From: Octopus vulgaris | Taxonomy: Eukaryota | Assembly (NCBI GenBank): GCA_951406725.2 | Contig: OX597835.1 | Span: forward strand, 30,380,001 to 30,444,000 | Length of the DNA: 64,000 bases | Direction: 5' to 3' | Part shown: positions 30,950-46,380 of the stretch, one piece after another | Layout of the letters: each line of letters begins with the position of its first letter | How positions within the stretch are numbered: the stretch's first letter is position 1 | Notes under the pieces: generated by a model | What the model saw: the letters and a program-made list of their open reading frames with translations, nothing else | Database searches by the model: none | What the model was told of the DNA's origin: nothing | Program-made: the position numbers and the translations under genes

Positions 30950-31397
30950 AATAGAAGTTCTGTGTATAATTTTTTATTGATAGTCCTTCAGAAGTCTCCT
31001 ATACATTTAGGATATTTAGATGTGAGATGGAATGTTGTTAGTTGCTGTTCTGAGTGACGATTGTTTGTTGGTATTTATGTTTCATTAGTTCTTTATTGCT
31101 TGTACTTATAATCGCGTCGTTATTATATTATTTGTTGGTGATGAGATTTACGATATGCTTGTTACTGTGTGTGTGAATTAAGGTGTGTTTGTAATGCTGG
31201 TGTGTGTGATAGTGGTGGCGGTGATGGAATGATAGTGTTGACAGTGCAGGTGTAGCTGTTGTTGGGAATTGTATTGGTGCAATGTTGCTCAATGGCACTG
31301 ACGTCATTTGTTCATATCTGCTAGTTATTTTGAGTTGGAATAGCTGTTTCATTTTTCTTTTCTTTGTATTGGTAAGTATTTGCCCTTCAATCTTCTC

Positions 31398-31701
31398 TTG
31401 TGGAGGCCCATGGCCTAGTGGTTAGAGCAGCGGACTCGCGGTCGAGGGATCGCGGGTTCAAATCTCAGATCGGGCGTTGTGTGTGTTTATGAGCGAAAAC
31501 ATCTAAGCTCCACGCGGCTCCGGCAAAAGATAATGGCGAACTTGTGCTGACTCTTTCGCCACAACTTTCTCTCACTCTTTCCTCCTACATCTTTCAGCTC
31601 GCCTGCGACGGACCGGCGTACCGTCCTGGTTGGGAACCTATATGCCAAAGAAACCAGGAAACCGGCCCTTATGACCCGGGCATGGCTCGAGAAGGAACAA
31701 A
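31398..31701 (+). mobile_element. tRNA-derived SINE family C with 13-bp TSD
   Basis: Close copy of 30646-30949; TSD cttcaatcttctc at 31385-31397 and 31702-31714. Confidence 0.9.
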
Positions 31702-33066
31702 CTTCAATCTTCTCACCGCCTCCTTCGCATATACTATCTGCCAGAGTTGTTCCAAGCGGAGAGGGGCGCGTCTTGGAGATCATTACAGTTTTCACTTTGA
31801 TGTTTAGGGAGTTACATTTTCTGATGTTGTTGACGATGAGCAGACACCGGCGGCGTTCGATTTATTATTTTTGTTGTTGTTATTTTCGTTCACGGTGCTA
31901 TTGTTGTTGTTACTGTAAATGTTACTTCCAGTTTTGAAGCGGGTGCTACAAAAAAAATACAGTTGCACGCTGGATGAAAGGTCATTTTCTCAACGGACAC
32001 ATGTCACAAGGTGTAGAAGCAATCAACTAGACCAGAACTTCCGAAGCGCAAGCGTTCACTTCTAATCTCAGCAACTACGAGATGCACGCATTACTTGGTC
32101 GGTTGGGATCTGGAGACGAAGTTGCTACACTGTTTTGGAAGGTTCTAAATCTCACAGTACAGACCATCTTATTTAGAAGCAGAAGATAAATCGATAGTAC
32201 AGGACATTATCAACAATGAAGACCATATTTTCAGACTGGAAGCTGTCTAGACAGAAAAAGATGCCTCCAGAATTCTTTATTAGAATGTCTCGTACTTCGA
32301 TGCCAGGGGGTTGAGAGAAGGCCGTGCTGGATACGTACGTACAAACGGGCAAATACGCATCCATCTAGCCATATATACGTATGCATATATACATAGAATA
32401 ACACATGTATACATATAATATATATAATACAGGCATACAATCATAGATACATAGATGCATGCGTAGATATTTGCATATACCAATATGTATGTATACACAC
32501 ACACACACACACACAAACACATGCACACGTATGCCGTGTCGCATACTTGCTTGTGCGCTTATGTGTCGTGTTATGAACGTTTACGTCAAAAAGATAACTA
32601 GCAGTTCGATATAGGAGAATGATAAAATAAGATCAAGATTCAAGATAGCGAATGACAATTATTCTAAAAACAAACGGCCATAAAAGTATATAGTTTTATG
32701 TTGACTTAATATAGCTTGTGTTATTCTTATATTAAATTTCATAGAAATTCATGAAGTCTAAGGTTAATCACATACACACGTACACACAGATGTAGTTAGG
32801 TATGTGTATATATATATATATATATATGTTTATCTATCTATATATATATATATGCATATATATATATAGGTATATATATATATTTATATATATGTGTGCA
32901 TATATTCATATATATATGTGTGTATGTGTGTATGTATATATGTATATACACACACAACCACATATATACATATATGGTTATACGTGTGTGTGTACAGATA
33001 CATACATGTGTGTGTGTATGCGTGTGTGTGTTTATATATAGATGCATATTCAGATTTTTATGTATG

Positions 33067-33100
<34 letters not shown>

Positions 33101-33169
33101 CACACATATATATTGATATATACATGTATTTGTATAATATATAAGCATACACACATAACATACATGCAC

Positions 33170-33498
33170 ACACATACATACATACTTACATACATACTTA
33201 CTTACATACATGCATATATGCATACATACATGCATACATACATACATACATTCTTGCATACATACATACATGCATACACATACATAATATACTCATATTT
33301 ACATACATACACACATACATACACGCATATATACATACATACATACATACATACATACATACATACATTCATACATACATACATACATACATACATACAT
33401 ACATACATACACACATACATACATACATACATACATACATACATACATACATACATACATACATACATACATACATACATACATACATACATACATAC
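33170..33498. repeat. (TACA)n microsatellite
   Basis: Direct inspection. Confidence 0.95.
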
Positions 33499-34086
33499 AA
33501 TCAGCACACATTTTATATTTCGTATACTGAAAATACGTAATAAAAATGTTTATCAGATGATTATAAAATAACACGGAATCACAAAACTAAAACACGAAAG
33601 GAAATAATACAAATAATATAAATTCAAATAATGTTCAGAAGATGGATTACAGACCAAAGTTATTGTAATATGTGGCTATGAATTGGGTCGAAGTATTTGA
33701 TTATCGCTAAGAGTTCGTTAGCGATAAAATCTTGTTTTTAAGGACATATATTATCACTTTAACTCTGGATTTGAAATGTATTTGCAAAGATAAATTCCCT
33801 GATCAAATGATAAAGCAATAAAATATAACTGTAATAAAGATAGAGAGGAGAAGAATATATAGATTAAATGTATGTATGTTAATAATAAGATGTAAAGGCG
33901 CATGGCCTTCTGTGTAGGGTGTTGTACTTACTCACGATCGCGAGGTCGTAATTTTCGTTGTAGGAACAGACTTCAGGCTGCGTTGTGTTCGAGCGCAAAA
34001 CACTTCTTTCACGTTTTTCCATTCCACTAAGCCGTGAAGGAGCGAGTAATCTTAGAAAGGAATGGTGTTCCTCAGGGGAAATCTTT

Positions 34087-34522
34087 GGATCTTTTCGGTT
34101 TGAACGGCAGTTTTTTTCCAGCGGTGTCATATGAAATTGTCACCCATAATTATGATCCTAGTATCGATCTATTGCATTTCAATGTTTTAGGGTTAGGGTT
34201 AGTTAGGGTTAAGGTTAGTGTTAGGGGTAGGGGAAGGGTATCTTTTTTCTTCAGAAATGTAAATAAATCCAATCTGTTTCTTAAACGAGGGATATATTCA
34301 TAAGGCACAAAATGTTTTCACCTCAACAGACGTCATTGATTGGTTGAAATTGCAGAAATTAAAGAAAAAAAACAACAAATATCTTACAAACTATAGAATT
34401 TTCTCTATAAAGCCTAAAGAAAAAAATGTTTTATAAACACATTCTACCAGTATACGAAGTTTAAAAGTGTTTAGTTACGTGGAAATTATTTTAAAAAACT
34501 GCCGTTCAAACCGAGAAGATCC
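34087..34522. mobile_element. MITE with about 30-bp TIRs, GG termini and 8-bp TSD (Merlin-like or hAT-like)
   Basis: ggatcttttcggtttgaacggcagtttttt ... aaaaaactgccgttcaaaccgagaagatcc; TSD aaatcttt at 34079-34086 and 34523-34530; internal TTAGGG-like repeats. Confidence 0.9.
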
Positions 34523-34549
34523 AAATCTTTTGTTCTCGGTCACTTCGAT

Positions 34550-35035
34550 GCATATGGGAGACGAGCGGTTTAGTGTTTTGCGGTGTTGAACTGATGATCG
34601 CAATATTGTGGTTTCGATTCCTGGACCGGGCGATGTGTTGTGTTCTTGAGCAAAACACTTCATTTCACATTTGTCCAATCCAATAAGCTGGCAAAAATGA
34701 GTAATCCTACGACAGACCGGAGTCCCGTCCATGTGGGGAATATACACAATGGAAACCTGGAAACCAGCCCTATGAGCCTTTTTAGTGAAGGCTCATGGCT
34801 TAGTAGTTAGGAGTGTCAGACTCATGATCGTCAGATTGCGGTTTCGATTCCTAGACCGGGCCATGCGTTGTTCTTGAGCAAAACACTCCATTTCACGTTG
34901 CTGGAGTCTACTCATCTGGCAAAACTGAGACCACCTGCGACGGACTGGCGTCCCGTCAGATGGGGAATTTATATACGTCACGAAACCGAGAAACCGGCCC
35001 TTATGTGTCGGTACTACTCGAGAAGGTAACTTTAG
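34550..35035 (+). mobile_element. Two tandem SINE family D copies (about 34550-34780 and 34785-35035)
   Basis: tggcttagtagttag A box, ggtttcgattcc B box, cttgagcaaaacact, cctgcgacggactggcgtcccgtc (V-domain-like). Confidence 0.8.
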
Positions 35036-35145
35036 GTTATCTATATTTTACTTAGATGCATGGAAACCTGGTAACCAACACTGCGGGTGTTGGGAATCAA
35101 GACAGTACTTACTGTTGTAATTAAGATACAAGCAAGAACCGATAC

Positions 35146-35600
35146 GTTAAGTTAAGTTAATTTTTTGGCTCAAAAAGCAAAAAGCAAGGCCATGTAGGGG
35201 GACATGGAGTTATGTACAGGGGGGGGGGGGTCATGCAAAGAGTTCAGGCCATTTCTGGTCAAGAGAGACTTTGAACCGAGCGGTCGTCGGTATCTTCACT
35301 ATTTCTCCGGCAGTTTATTCCACGGATCTGCAACCCGGACGGAGAAAGCCTCTCTCCTTCGATTGAGATGAAACTGTCGTAGATAGAGCTTTTCGGAGTG
35401 ACCCCGCAGCCGACGCTCTGGAGCAGGAGTGAAGAACAGCTCTTTCGAGAGGTTACACTTTCCGCTTATGATGTTGTGAGCAAGAATGAGATCACCACGG
35501 CGTCGTCATTTTTCTAGAGAGTAAAGGTCGAGCGTCTTCAGCCTTTCTTCATAAGACAAATGCTTGAGACCAAGAACCATGCGGGTAGCCAGCTTCTGGA
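35146..35600 (-). mobile_element. CR1-clade LINE 3' end (5'-truncated)
   Basis: Minus translation [37 protein letters not shown]...LRGHSEKL...FSVRVADPWNKLP, typical CR1 ORF2 C-terminus; (TTAAC)n tail. Confidence 0.92.
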
Positions 35601-36136
35601 TATAGCTTAAATGCATGCGTACTAATAAGATGTGATGACGTAAGTGCTTGTGGTTAGGATCGCGGACCGGGCGGGACGCTAACAGTAAAGTAAAGGTTAC
35701 CTATTGAGCCTTGGGAGGGGCATTATGCCTGTAATAATAAACACACGCACTGGTTCGGTCCTTTATTATTATTGTTCATTATTGTTTGTGTTGTTATTTT
35801 TTTTGCTAAATAATTATTTCATCGCATTCCAATCTTTTCAGTGACACGTCTTTCCCTTTCCATTTCTTTTGAACTTATGTTCCATCGTAGGGATTTTTTC
35901 CAAGATCTGTCCGAGATGACTATGTGAGTGTGTGTATGTCTGTATTTGTGTGTGTTTATACCTAAGTGTGTGCATCCGTGTGTGTGTGTGTGTTTAAATA
36001 CTGACTTTTGAAGGACCAAACGAACCAGTGCGTGTTCTTAATATGACCGGCATAATGCCTCTCCCAGGATTCAATAATATTTCTTTCAACACACGAATTC
36101 ACATCAAGAATCTTGTAAACCAAATACAAATACGAA

Positions 36137-36391
36137 CTAAAGGTTACCTCTTCGAATCATGCCGACTCGTAAGGACTTATTTCTCGGTTTCCATGACTTA
36201 TATAAACATCCCACCCGGACCGGACACCAGTCTGTTGCAGGATTATTCATTTGTGCCTGCTGAGTGGACCGAGGCAACGCCAAATGAAGTGTTTTGCTCA
36301 AGAACACAATGCATCGCCCGTCCAGGAATTGAAACTACAATCTTACGATCATGAGTCCAACACTCCTAACCACTAAGCCACGTACCTCCAC
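36137..36391 (-). mobile_element. SINE family D
   Basis: Reverse complement of 34785-35035 motifs. Confidence 0.8.
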
Positions 36392-36427
36392 GGATGTTCC
36401 TGCGCAAAACATTTCATTTCACTTTAC

Positions 36428-36643
36428 TCCAGAAATGTTAGCGCGCCGGGCGAAATGCTTAGCGGTATTTCGTCTGTCGTTACGTTCTGATTTCAAATTC
36501 CGCCGAGGTCGACTTTGCCTTTCATCCTCTCGGGGTCGATAAATAAAGTACCAGTTTCGCACTGGGTCGATGTAATCGACTTAATCTCTTTGTCAGTCCT
36601 TGTTTGTCCCCTCTATGTTTAGCCCCTTGTGGGTAGTAAAGAA

Positions 36644-36645
<2 letters not shown>
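36428..36645 (+). mobile_element. SINE family B
   Basis: ttcaaattccgccgaggtcgactttgcctttcatcctctcggggtcgataaataaagtaccag...tagccccttgtgggtagtaaagaaata. Confidence 0.85.
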
Positions 36646-36703
<58 letters not shown>

Positions 36704-37369
36704 TGAGAGTGAGAGAGGAAGGGAGAGAGAGAGTGAAGAGATATAAATAGATAGATAGATAGATAGAACGTTACATTATACAGGGTTGTAGTTTGTATAC
36801 GCATTTTTATATCAAGGAGATTTATACTCTAATAGGCGTGTGTCCGAATATATATGTGTGTGTGTGCGCGTGAGTACGTGCGTTAGTGCTTGTGCACTTG
36901 CGTGTGTGTGTCCGTATGTGTGTATGTATGTGTGTGTGTATGTGCGTGCCTATATATATGAGTGTGCGCCTGTGTGTGTGTGTTTGTGTGCGTGTGTATT
37001 GGAGGCCGTATGTTGTGTCGTTGTGACCGTGTTCTTCTAATTGGAACCAAATTGACTTCGGAACAGCCACACCGTTTATCAAAGACTATAAAGGAAGGAT
37101 TGAATTAGTGTGGTGTGGGGTAGGGGTGGGGTGGGGAATTGGAAGGAGGAGGAGGAGAAGTGGGAGCAGATGAGTGGGAAGTGGTTGGGGAGAAGGATGA
37201 GGAAGAGGAGGATCGGGTGCAAGTGTGATAATGAGGTGACCAGAAATGTTTGTTGGGTGTTGGGGGAAGGTGCTGATGGTGGAAGAAATGGCGGTAGGGA
37301 TGGGAGGGTCAGTGAAGGTGATAGTAGTTTAGTTATTAGTGCTTGTGGTGTTGGTGTTCATGGCAGTAT

Positions 37370-37930
37370 TAATGGTAGTAGTAGCAGCAGCAGCAGTAGT
37401 AGTAGTAGAAGTATTAGTAGTAGTAGTGGTTGTAGTAGTAGTGGCAGTAGCAGTAGTAGTAGCAGTAGTAGTTGTAGTAGTAGTAGAAGTATATTGGTGG
37501 TGGTAGTAGTAGTAGTAATTGTAGTAGTAGAGACTGCAGTTTTATTGGTGGTGGTTGTGGTGATAGTGGTGTTGTTGTTGTTGGTAGTTGTTGTAGGAGT
37601 GTTTGTGATGGGGTGGATGTTGTGGGATTGTGGTGGTGGTGGTAGAAGTGGTGGTGGTATGGAGATAATGTTGGAGTTGATCGTGGTGGTGGTGGCGGCG
37701 ATTGCGGTCGTGGTGAAGGTTGTGGTGGTGATGGTGGAAGTGATGTGTTTGTGATTGTGGAAGTAGTGGTGGTAGGGGTAGCGTATTTGTGGTGGTGGTT
37801 GTGGTGGCGATTGTGATGTTTGTGGTGGTTTGGACTGTTGCACTGGTAGTAGTGGCAGGAGACGGTGTAGTTTTAGTGGTATGTTGTTGTTGCTGTTGGT
37901 GGTGGTAGTGGTGCCGAGTGGAGGCATGCA
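37370..37930. repeat. Degenerate (GTA)n/(GTG)n low-complexity tract
   Basis: Direct inspection. Confidence 0.9.
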
Positions 37931-37957
37931 GTTGTGTATACAGCGGCGATGTATATT

Positions 37958-38352
37958 CGAGAGAGTGCTGAAAACGTCCTGGTTTTAAGACTATCCTGAA
38001 AGGTCTGGTTGGAAATCTAAACTTATCAATTCTTTTACAGGGCTTTGAAAAACTGAAGGATCACTGCAATAAGTGTGAATTTGAGAGGGAAATATGTTGA
38101 ATAAAATCATAATTCACTGATCCTTCTGTAGTTTGTTTCAGGGTGTTGAAAAGTTCCTGGCTTTAAGGGTGTCGGGAAAGGCCTAGTTGGAGGGCCAACC
38201 TCCCGAGTTCTTTTACAGGGCTTAGAAGAACTGTTGGACCTCTGCAATAAGTGTGTGAATCTGGGAGGTGAATATGTTGAGTAAAATCATAATTAACTGA
38301 TATTCCTGCTGCTCTTTTTATCTAAATCCAGAAACTTTTCATCAATCCCTCA
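37958..38352 (+). mobile_element. Mariner-derived MITE, tandem dimer
   Basis: Left TIR-like cgagagagtgctgaaaacgtcctgg, repeated internally at about 38140 (gggtgttgaaaagttcctgg), right TIR ccagaaacttttcatcaatccctc+TA; retains mariner C-terminus GLEELLDLCNKCVNLGGEYVE*. Confidence 0.8.
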
Positions 38353-39113
38353 TATTTCTCTCTATATATAAACAGCAAAATGTCTGTGTGTGTGTGTGTG
38401 TTAATAGAAATATTCAGATAACAAAACCGAAAGCAGAATGTAAGGTATTTGAAGTTTCAGTTTTAACAATTTATGTCATGCCATCCTTCTGTGAGTACCA
38501 TACACTAGACTTCTTTCTTCAACTTGTTATACTTCCCCAATTCGTTTTCGCTGATGCCTAAATTTTTGCGGTCATGATGAAAATTACTCTTGTTTTGAAC
38601 AGGTAGACATATTACTGATTAATGCTGATCACATGTCACCATGCCATTACATTTTATTCGAACAATAATCCTGTCTGCAAGTCATTCCAGTTTTATAATA
38701 GGGATTTATTTTGATGTCTGCACCACTACATAACATCATTTCTTTTATTGAGTTCCTATATCTATTGTGTAGTGAGTTATCTTCTACGGCGGAGGATGTT
38801 AAGTGGCACTTTGCATTTTACGAACGTATGTATTTATGTATGTAGAGCACTTAAGAAAACCATTTACGCATGAGCATGCGTACCATCAGAGTTTAAATTA
38901 TTGAAATGAAAATTTGCTTAAATTTCTTCCTGTTTACAAACACAGGCAAGAGATGGTTGTAAGAAATTTGCTTCCACACCGCGTGGTCTTGGGTTCAGTA
39001 CCATTTTCATAATACCTTGGGCAAGTATTTTTTATTATAGCTCCACGCTAACAAAATCCCCGTGAATGGATTTGCTCGACAGAAACTGAAAGAGGTCCGT
39101 CGTATATACACAC

Positions 39114-39166
<53 letters not shown>

Positions 39167-39569
39167 TGTATACCTATCTATCTATCTGTCTATCTGTCTG
39201 TGTGTCTGTCTATCTATTCATATGTCTGTGTATATATGTATAGCATGATGAAAAGAAAAACGAAAGTCACAAGGCAATCGAGCGGCGGTTGGAGGAGAGA
39301 GGGAAGTGGGAAGAGGAGAAAAAGGAGAAGCATGAAAGGAGGAGGTGAACGAAGATAATTGAAAACAGAATAAGAATACTGAAAGAAACAATGTGTTAGT
39401 TTTGATGGTGGTAGAGGTGGTGGAGTTGGTGGGATTTTGAAGAGGAGAAATGAGAGAGTAAGAGAGCAAGAGAGGGACTTGAAAGGACGAGTGACCGACG
39501 AGGGAACAGAAAGGGAAATAGTTTGGAATGCGCATATGTGTGTGTGTGTAAATAGCGAGTGTAAGAGAT

Positions 39570-39708
39570 AGATACAAAGACAGAGAGATAGAAAGACAGA
39601 TAGGCAGATAGAGAGATAGTTAGCTAGCTAGCAAGATAGATAGAAATAGATAGATAGATACATAGATAGATAGATAGACAGACAGACATCAGATAGATAG
39701 ATAGATAA

Positions 39709-39745
<37 letters not shown>

Positions 39746-39782
39746 AAAATAGATAGAGAGAAAGACAGACAGACAGATAGAG

Positions 39783-39871
<89 letters not shown>

Positions 39872-39882
39872 CAGTCAGACAA

Positions 39883-39946
<64 letters not shown>
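39570..39946. repeat. (GATA)n/(GACA)n microsatellite
   Basis: Direct inspection. Confidence 0.95.
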
Positions 39947-39952
39947 TAAAAA

Positions 39953-39990
39953 CTGTCCGACGAACGGGAACGTGAAGCTCTAGGTAACAG
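39953..39990 (+). ncRNA. Hammerhead-like motif (CCGACGA core, GAAG variant)
   Basis: ctgt CCGACGA acg ggaa cgt GAAG ctctag GTA acag; wedged between (GATA)n and (TA)n; family of 12571-12670. Confidence 0.5.
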
Positions 39991-40010
39991 ATTTTCTTAC
40001 AATTCTGCTG

Positions 40011-40110
<100 letters not shown>

Positions 40111-40143
40111 CAAAGGGAGAGATTCAAAGAGAGAGACGAATAA

Positions 40144-40180
<37 letters not shown>

Positions 40181-40328
40181 AAAGAAATTGTGAAAAAAGG
40201 AAAGCTAATAAACTAGATGTGAGAAAAATTTTTTTGTTCTCATTTGTAGTAAATTAGTTGTTAGTTTGCTTTAGGCTAATCTCATTTTACCCCTTCCCAC
40301 CCCCTTAGACATTCATTTCTTTTTTCTT

Positions 40329-40370
<42 letters not shown>

Positions 40371-40646
40371 ATTTCGTCTCCTTCTTCTACCCTCTCTTCT
40401 CTCCCTCCCTGTCTTTCTTTCTCTTTGTCATTCATTTCCCCACCACCTCCCTATCTCACTGTCTTTCTTCGTCTTATCTTTGCTCTGTTTCAATTCCCTC
40501 TATTAACTATTGCGCTTCCTCTTTCTGTCTGTCCGTCTGTCAATGCATTTGTATGTATATATGAATAGGTGTATATGTAACTATGTGCATTTGTATCTTA
40601 CGTTGTCTCATTTTCTCTGACTCTTTATCTCTGCCACTGTTGTCAA

Positions 40647-40683
<37 letters not shown>

Positions 40684-41818
40684 TTATCTGTCTATCTATC
40701 TATCTATCTATCTATCTATCAAATCTATGTTCATTCTTTCTTCCTTTCTCTTTCTTTCTTTATAGCTATCTATCTAAACATGTATATAAGTATATGTATA
40801 TATGTGTCTATACGCATATATATATATATATCAATGTATGTATGTACACACACACACATACACATACACACAAATACGCATACACACACACACACATTGT
40901 CACATTTGCATACATATGGTTAGTAATATTCGTAGACAAATTCAAGAAAGTCTTGTAAAGGAAGAAACATAAAATACGAGATTCGTCGTTTGTGTCAGTT
41001 GGATAAGGTTAATAGATAGAGAGAGAAAGAGAGACAGACAGAAGCAGAGAGGGGAGCTAGATAAAGATGTAGAAAGAGAGCGCGTACGTAAGGGAGAGTG
41101 AATGAGAAAGACAGAGAATGAGGAAGATAGAGAAGGAGGGAGAAAGAGAGAGGGGGGAACTTAAAGTAATTGACTCAGAGTAAAAATAGAGACATAAATA
41201 GATGTAAAGTGAGTGAGAAAGAAATTTGAAGGAAACAGAAGGAGTGTGTGAATGATATCAAAAGAGAGGAAGGAGGTGGAAACGGGAGAGATTAAGGGTG
41301 AAAGTCAGAGTGAAGGTAGACGATGAAAGAGAAGCAGGGTGGGGGAGAAGAAGAAAGAGAGTAAGAAAGAAGAGAAGAGAGAAGGGAAGGAGGGAAGAAC
41401 GATAAAGATGAAAGAGAAGTTTGGTGAGAAACAAGGCAAACGAGATAGAGAGAGATAGGTTAAAAGAATGAAACAGAGAAAATGTGAGCGAAGGAAAGCG
41501 AAGCTGGCGAAGAAGTGAGAGTGGGGGCTGGGGTGAGCGATCAGTGTTGCGCACCGGTGCATACAAACGACGCTTGCTGTAGCTCGGAGGTAAAAGGAAT
41601 AAACAAAATGGCGGAAATATCAATTGTAAATGAAGCGATTAGCGATCGCAAGCAAGTATTGCTGGCGGCCATATTTAAATGTTTCCTGTGTTCTTTGTAT
41701 GTGTGCATGCGAGGAGGAGAATTGGTAGAGCAAGTAAAACGACGGACTTACACCACATATGTATGTATATATGTATGTTTGCATGTATGTGTGTATGCGC
41801 ATATCTGTATATATGCAC

Positions 41819-41928
<110 letters not shown>

Positions 41929-42124
41929 TTGTAATCTCTCAGTCAATTTCTAGTTAATTTTCGGAAATCCTTTTGACTTTGTCTTTTGATAAAAGCAATT
42001 GAAGGATAAGAGAGTAGCGGGGGTGAGTGGGGCGAACGAGGAGGTGAACGGACGACCGGGCGGCGGGTGGCTGTTTGCCTGGATGTTGAGGAGCATTGAT
42101 GATGAGGGAAAGCGATGCGAGTTG

Positions 42125-42192
<68 letters not shown>

Positions 42193-42439
42193 GTTCATTC
42201 GTCAGAGCTTTGTCTATTTTATATATTTATAAGCGGTGATTAAACGAAACGCCATTTTACAATGTACGGACGCTCTGAATACTTCTGCGACCAGGCCACC
42301 ATATTTAATCGGTTCCGTGTTGCGGTGGTTTGGTTGGTTTGGCTCAAAGGTGGTCGGAGGTGGGGAAATTAGGGTGACGGTGAGAGGACTGAGCGTGTTG
42401 TAAGGAGATTTTGTAGGTTTCTTCGCATTTTCTTATTCT

Positions 42440-44380
<1,941 letters not shown>

Positions 44381-44519
44381 AACTGTGTTAAAAAGGTGGA
44401 GGAAGGGGTGTTGGAGGAAGAAGACGGAATATTTGGCTGCGTGGTGAAGCGGAAAAAACGTTATGTTCAAATGGTAAGTAGTATAGCGTGTTGGGGGTGG
44501 GGGTGAAAGGAGGAAGAAA

Positions 44520-44552
<33 letters not shown>

Positions 44553-44673
44553 TGTGAGTATGTGCGTGAAACAGAGTGAGAGGAAATGAGAAAGAGAGAC
44601 AGACAAACAGATAAGAGAAATATAGAGAAAGACAGAGAGAGAGAGTAAGACAGTGATAGGGAAAGACAAAAAT

Positions 44674-44710
<37 letters not shown>

Positions 44711-44963
44711 ATGTGTACATGCGTCCCTGTTTGTGTGTGTCTATCTGTATGCATATGTGTGTGTGTGTGTGTGAGATGGAGATTTATACTAAATGTTGAA
44801 TAGATTGATTGATATATCTGTAGCCGGGTGAAGCGGTGGAGAGATATCTACACCCATCTATCTATATTATCGTCATTAGTGCGTCCGTCGTTGTCGACGA
44901 AGACCAAAGACATCACGTGAGAGATGTCTATCTCTCCACACACACACTCACACGCCTCACGCA

Positions 44964-45021
<58 letters not shown>

Positions 45022-45208
45022 CATACATACACACACACATCCGAATACGTGACTAATTTTGTAATCTTTTCTGCTTTTATATATCTATATAACTATCCAC
45101 ACACATTAAATTATCAATCAAATTCTTCTCACACTGTCTCTTTATTCCTCTCTTTCTATCCATCTCTCTCTCCGTCTAGCTTCCGCCTCTCTCTGCACAC
45201 CTACCTAC

Positions 45209-45249
<41 letters not shown>

Positions 45250-45304
45250 ATTGAAAAGATTGGAGTCAACCAAAAGGCGTGCGGTTGGACATTTATTTTT
45301 TAAT

Positions 45305-45343
45305 CACTACAATTGTTTCCACGCAAAGTAGTTCTTCAGGTAC
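45305..45343 (-). ncRNA. Hammerhead-like motif, slightly degenerate stem II
   Basis: Minus strand: tac CTGAAGA actactttgcgtg GAAA caattg TA gtg; followed by aataaa, gactccaatcttttca and (TG)n. Confidence 0.5.
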
Positions 45344-45829
45344 TTGACTATGCAACTGTTTCCCTTGCAGTATGAGATCTATTTGTGCCTCGTCAGGCGA
45401 TATGTAAATATTGTCTCCGTAAGTTCAAAATACTCGGCTTTTTGCGGTTCAGCAAAAGAGAATGAGGTTGTGATTCACCACTCTCCCGCCCAGAAGCTCT
45501 GCCATTCAAAGAACTTTTGGAAGCTGTCAATAATTCCCAATGTGAAAGTTCTCCAGGAGATTGGTTTCAAAGTTTGGAACAAGGCCACCGATTTCGGAGG
45601 AAGTGTGTAAATTCATTCCATCGACTCCAAGTGCTCAACGGTTGCTTATTTTATCGAACCCGAAACGAAGAAGGGCAAAGCTCGACCTGGGCGGAGGACG
45701 AAGTGCCGCTTAGCAGTTTGTTCGCAGTTGGTAACAGTTCAGCGAGCTCGAGGCTTTAATAAGAACTGAGAATATGTAATATTGATGAAAGAAAGAAAGA
45801 AAGAGGAGAAGGACAAGTAGAAAAGGAGG

Positions 45830-46163
45830 GGAGGAGGAAGAAGAAGGGGACGAATGAGGAGGAGGAGAAAAATAAAAAGAGGAAGGAGGAGAAAATAAGA
45901 AATAGTAGAAGAAGAAGAAGAAGAAGAAGAAGAAGAAGAAGAAGAAGAAGAAGAAGAAGAAGAAGAAGAAGAAGAAGAGGATAAGGAGGTGGTGGTGGAA
46001 GAAGAGGAAGTGACGGAACGGGGAAGTAGAAGAAGAAGAAGAAGAAGAAGAAGAAGAAGAAGAAGAAGAAGAAGAAGAAGAAGAAGAAGAAGAAGAAGAA
46101 GCAGAAGAAGAAGCAGAAGAAGAAGAAGAAGAAGAAGAAGAAGAAGAAGAAGAAGAAGAAGAA

Positions 46164-46195
<32 letters not shown>

Positions 46196-46380
46196 AGAAG
46201 AAGAGGAAGGAGAAGAAGAATAATGTGGAGAAACAAGAAGAATGAGAATAAAAAGGAAAGCGAAAGAACAAGTAGAGGAAGAAATAAAGGTGATGAGAGA
46301 GAGCAGCAGGGGTAGGAGGAAGAGTGGACGATGAAGAAGAATTAAACAGGAAGATGATGATGGGAGGATGAGGTTGAGGG
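45830..46380. repeat. (GAA)n polypurine tract
   Basis: Direct inspection. Confidence 0.97.

Noticed and set aside
34187-34233. Possible telomere fusion scar
   Set aside because: Short, degenerate, single orientation and internal to a TIR element
36011-36140. Apparent coding exon GPNEPVRVLNMTGIMPLPGFNN after ctgac...aag
   Set aside because: Sequence is the reverse complement of a dispersed repeat also at 23815 and 47780, and runs into a SINE
41608-41700. Possible first coding exon [16 protein letters not shown]
   Set aside because: No recognisable homology or strong donor; frame runs into microsatellite; ATGGCG equally explained as a YY1 motif
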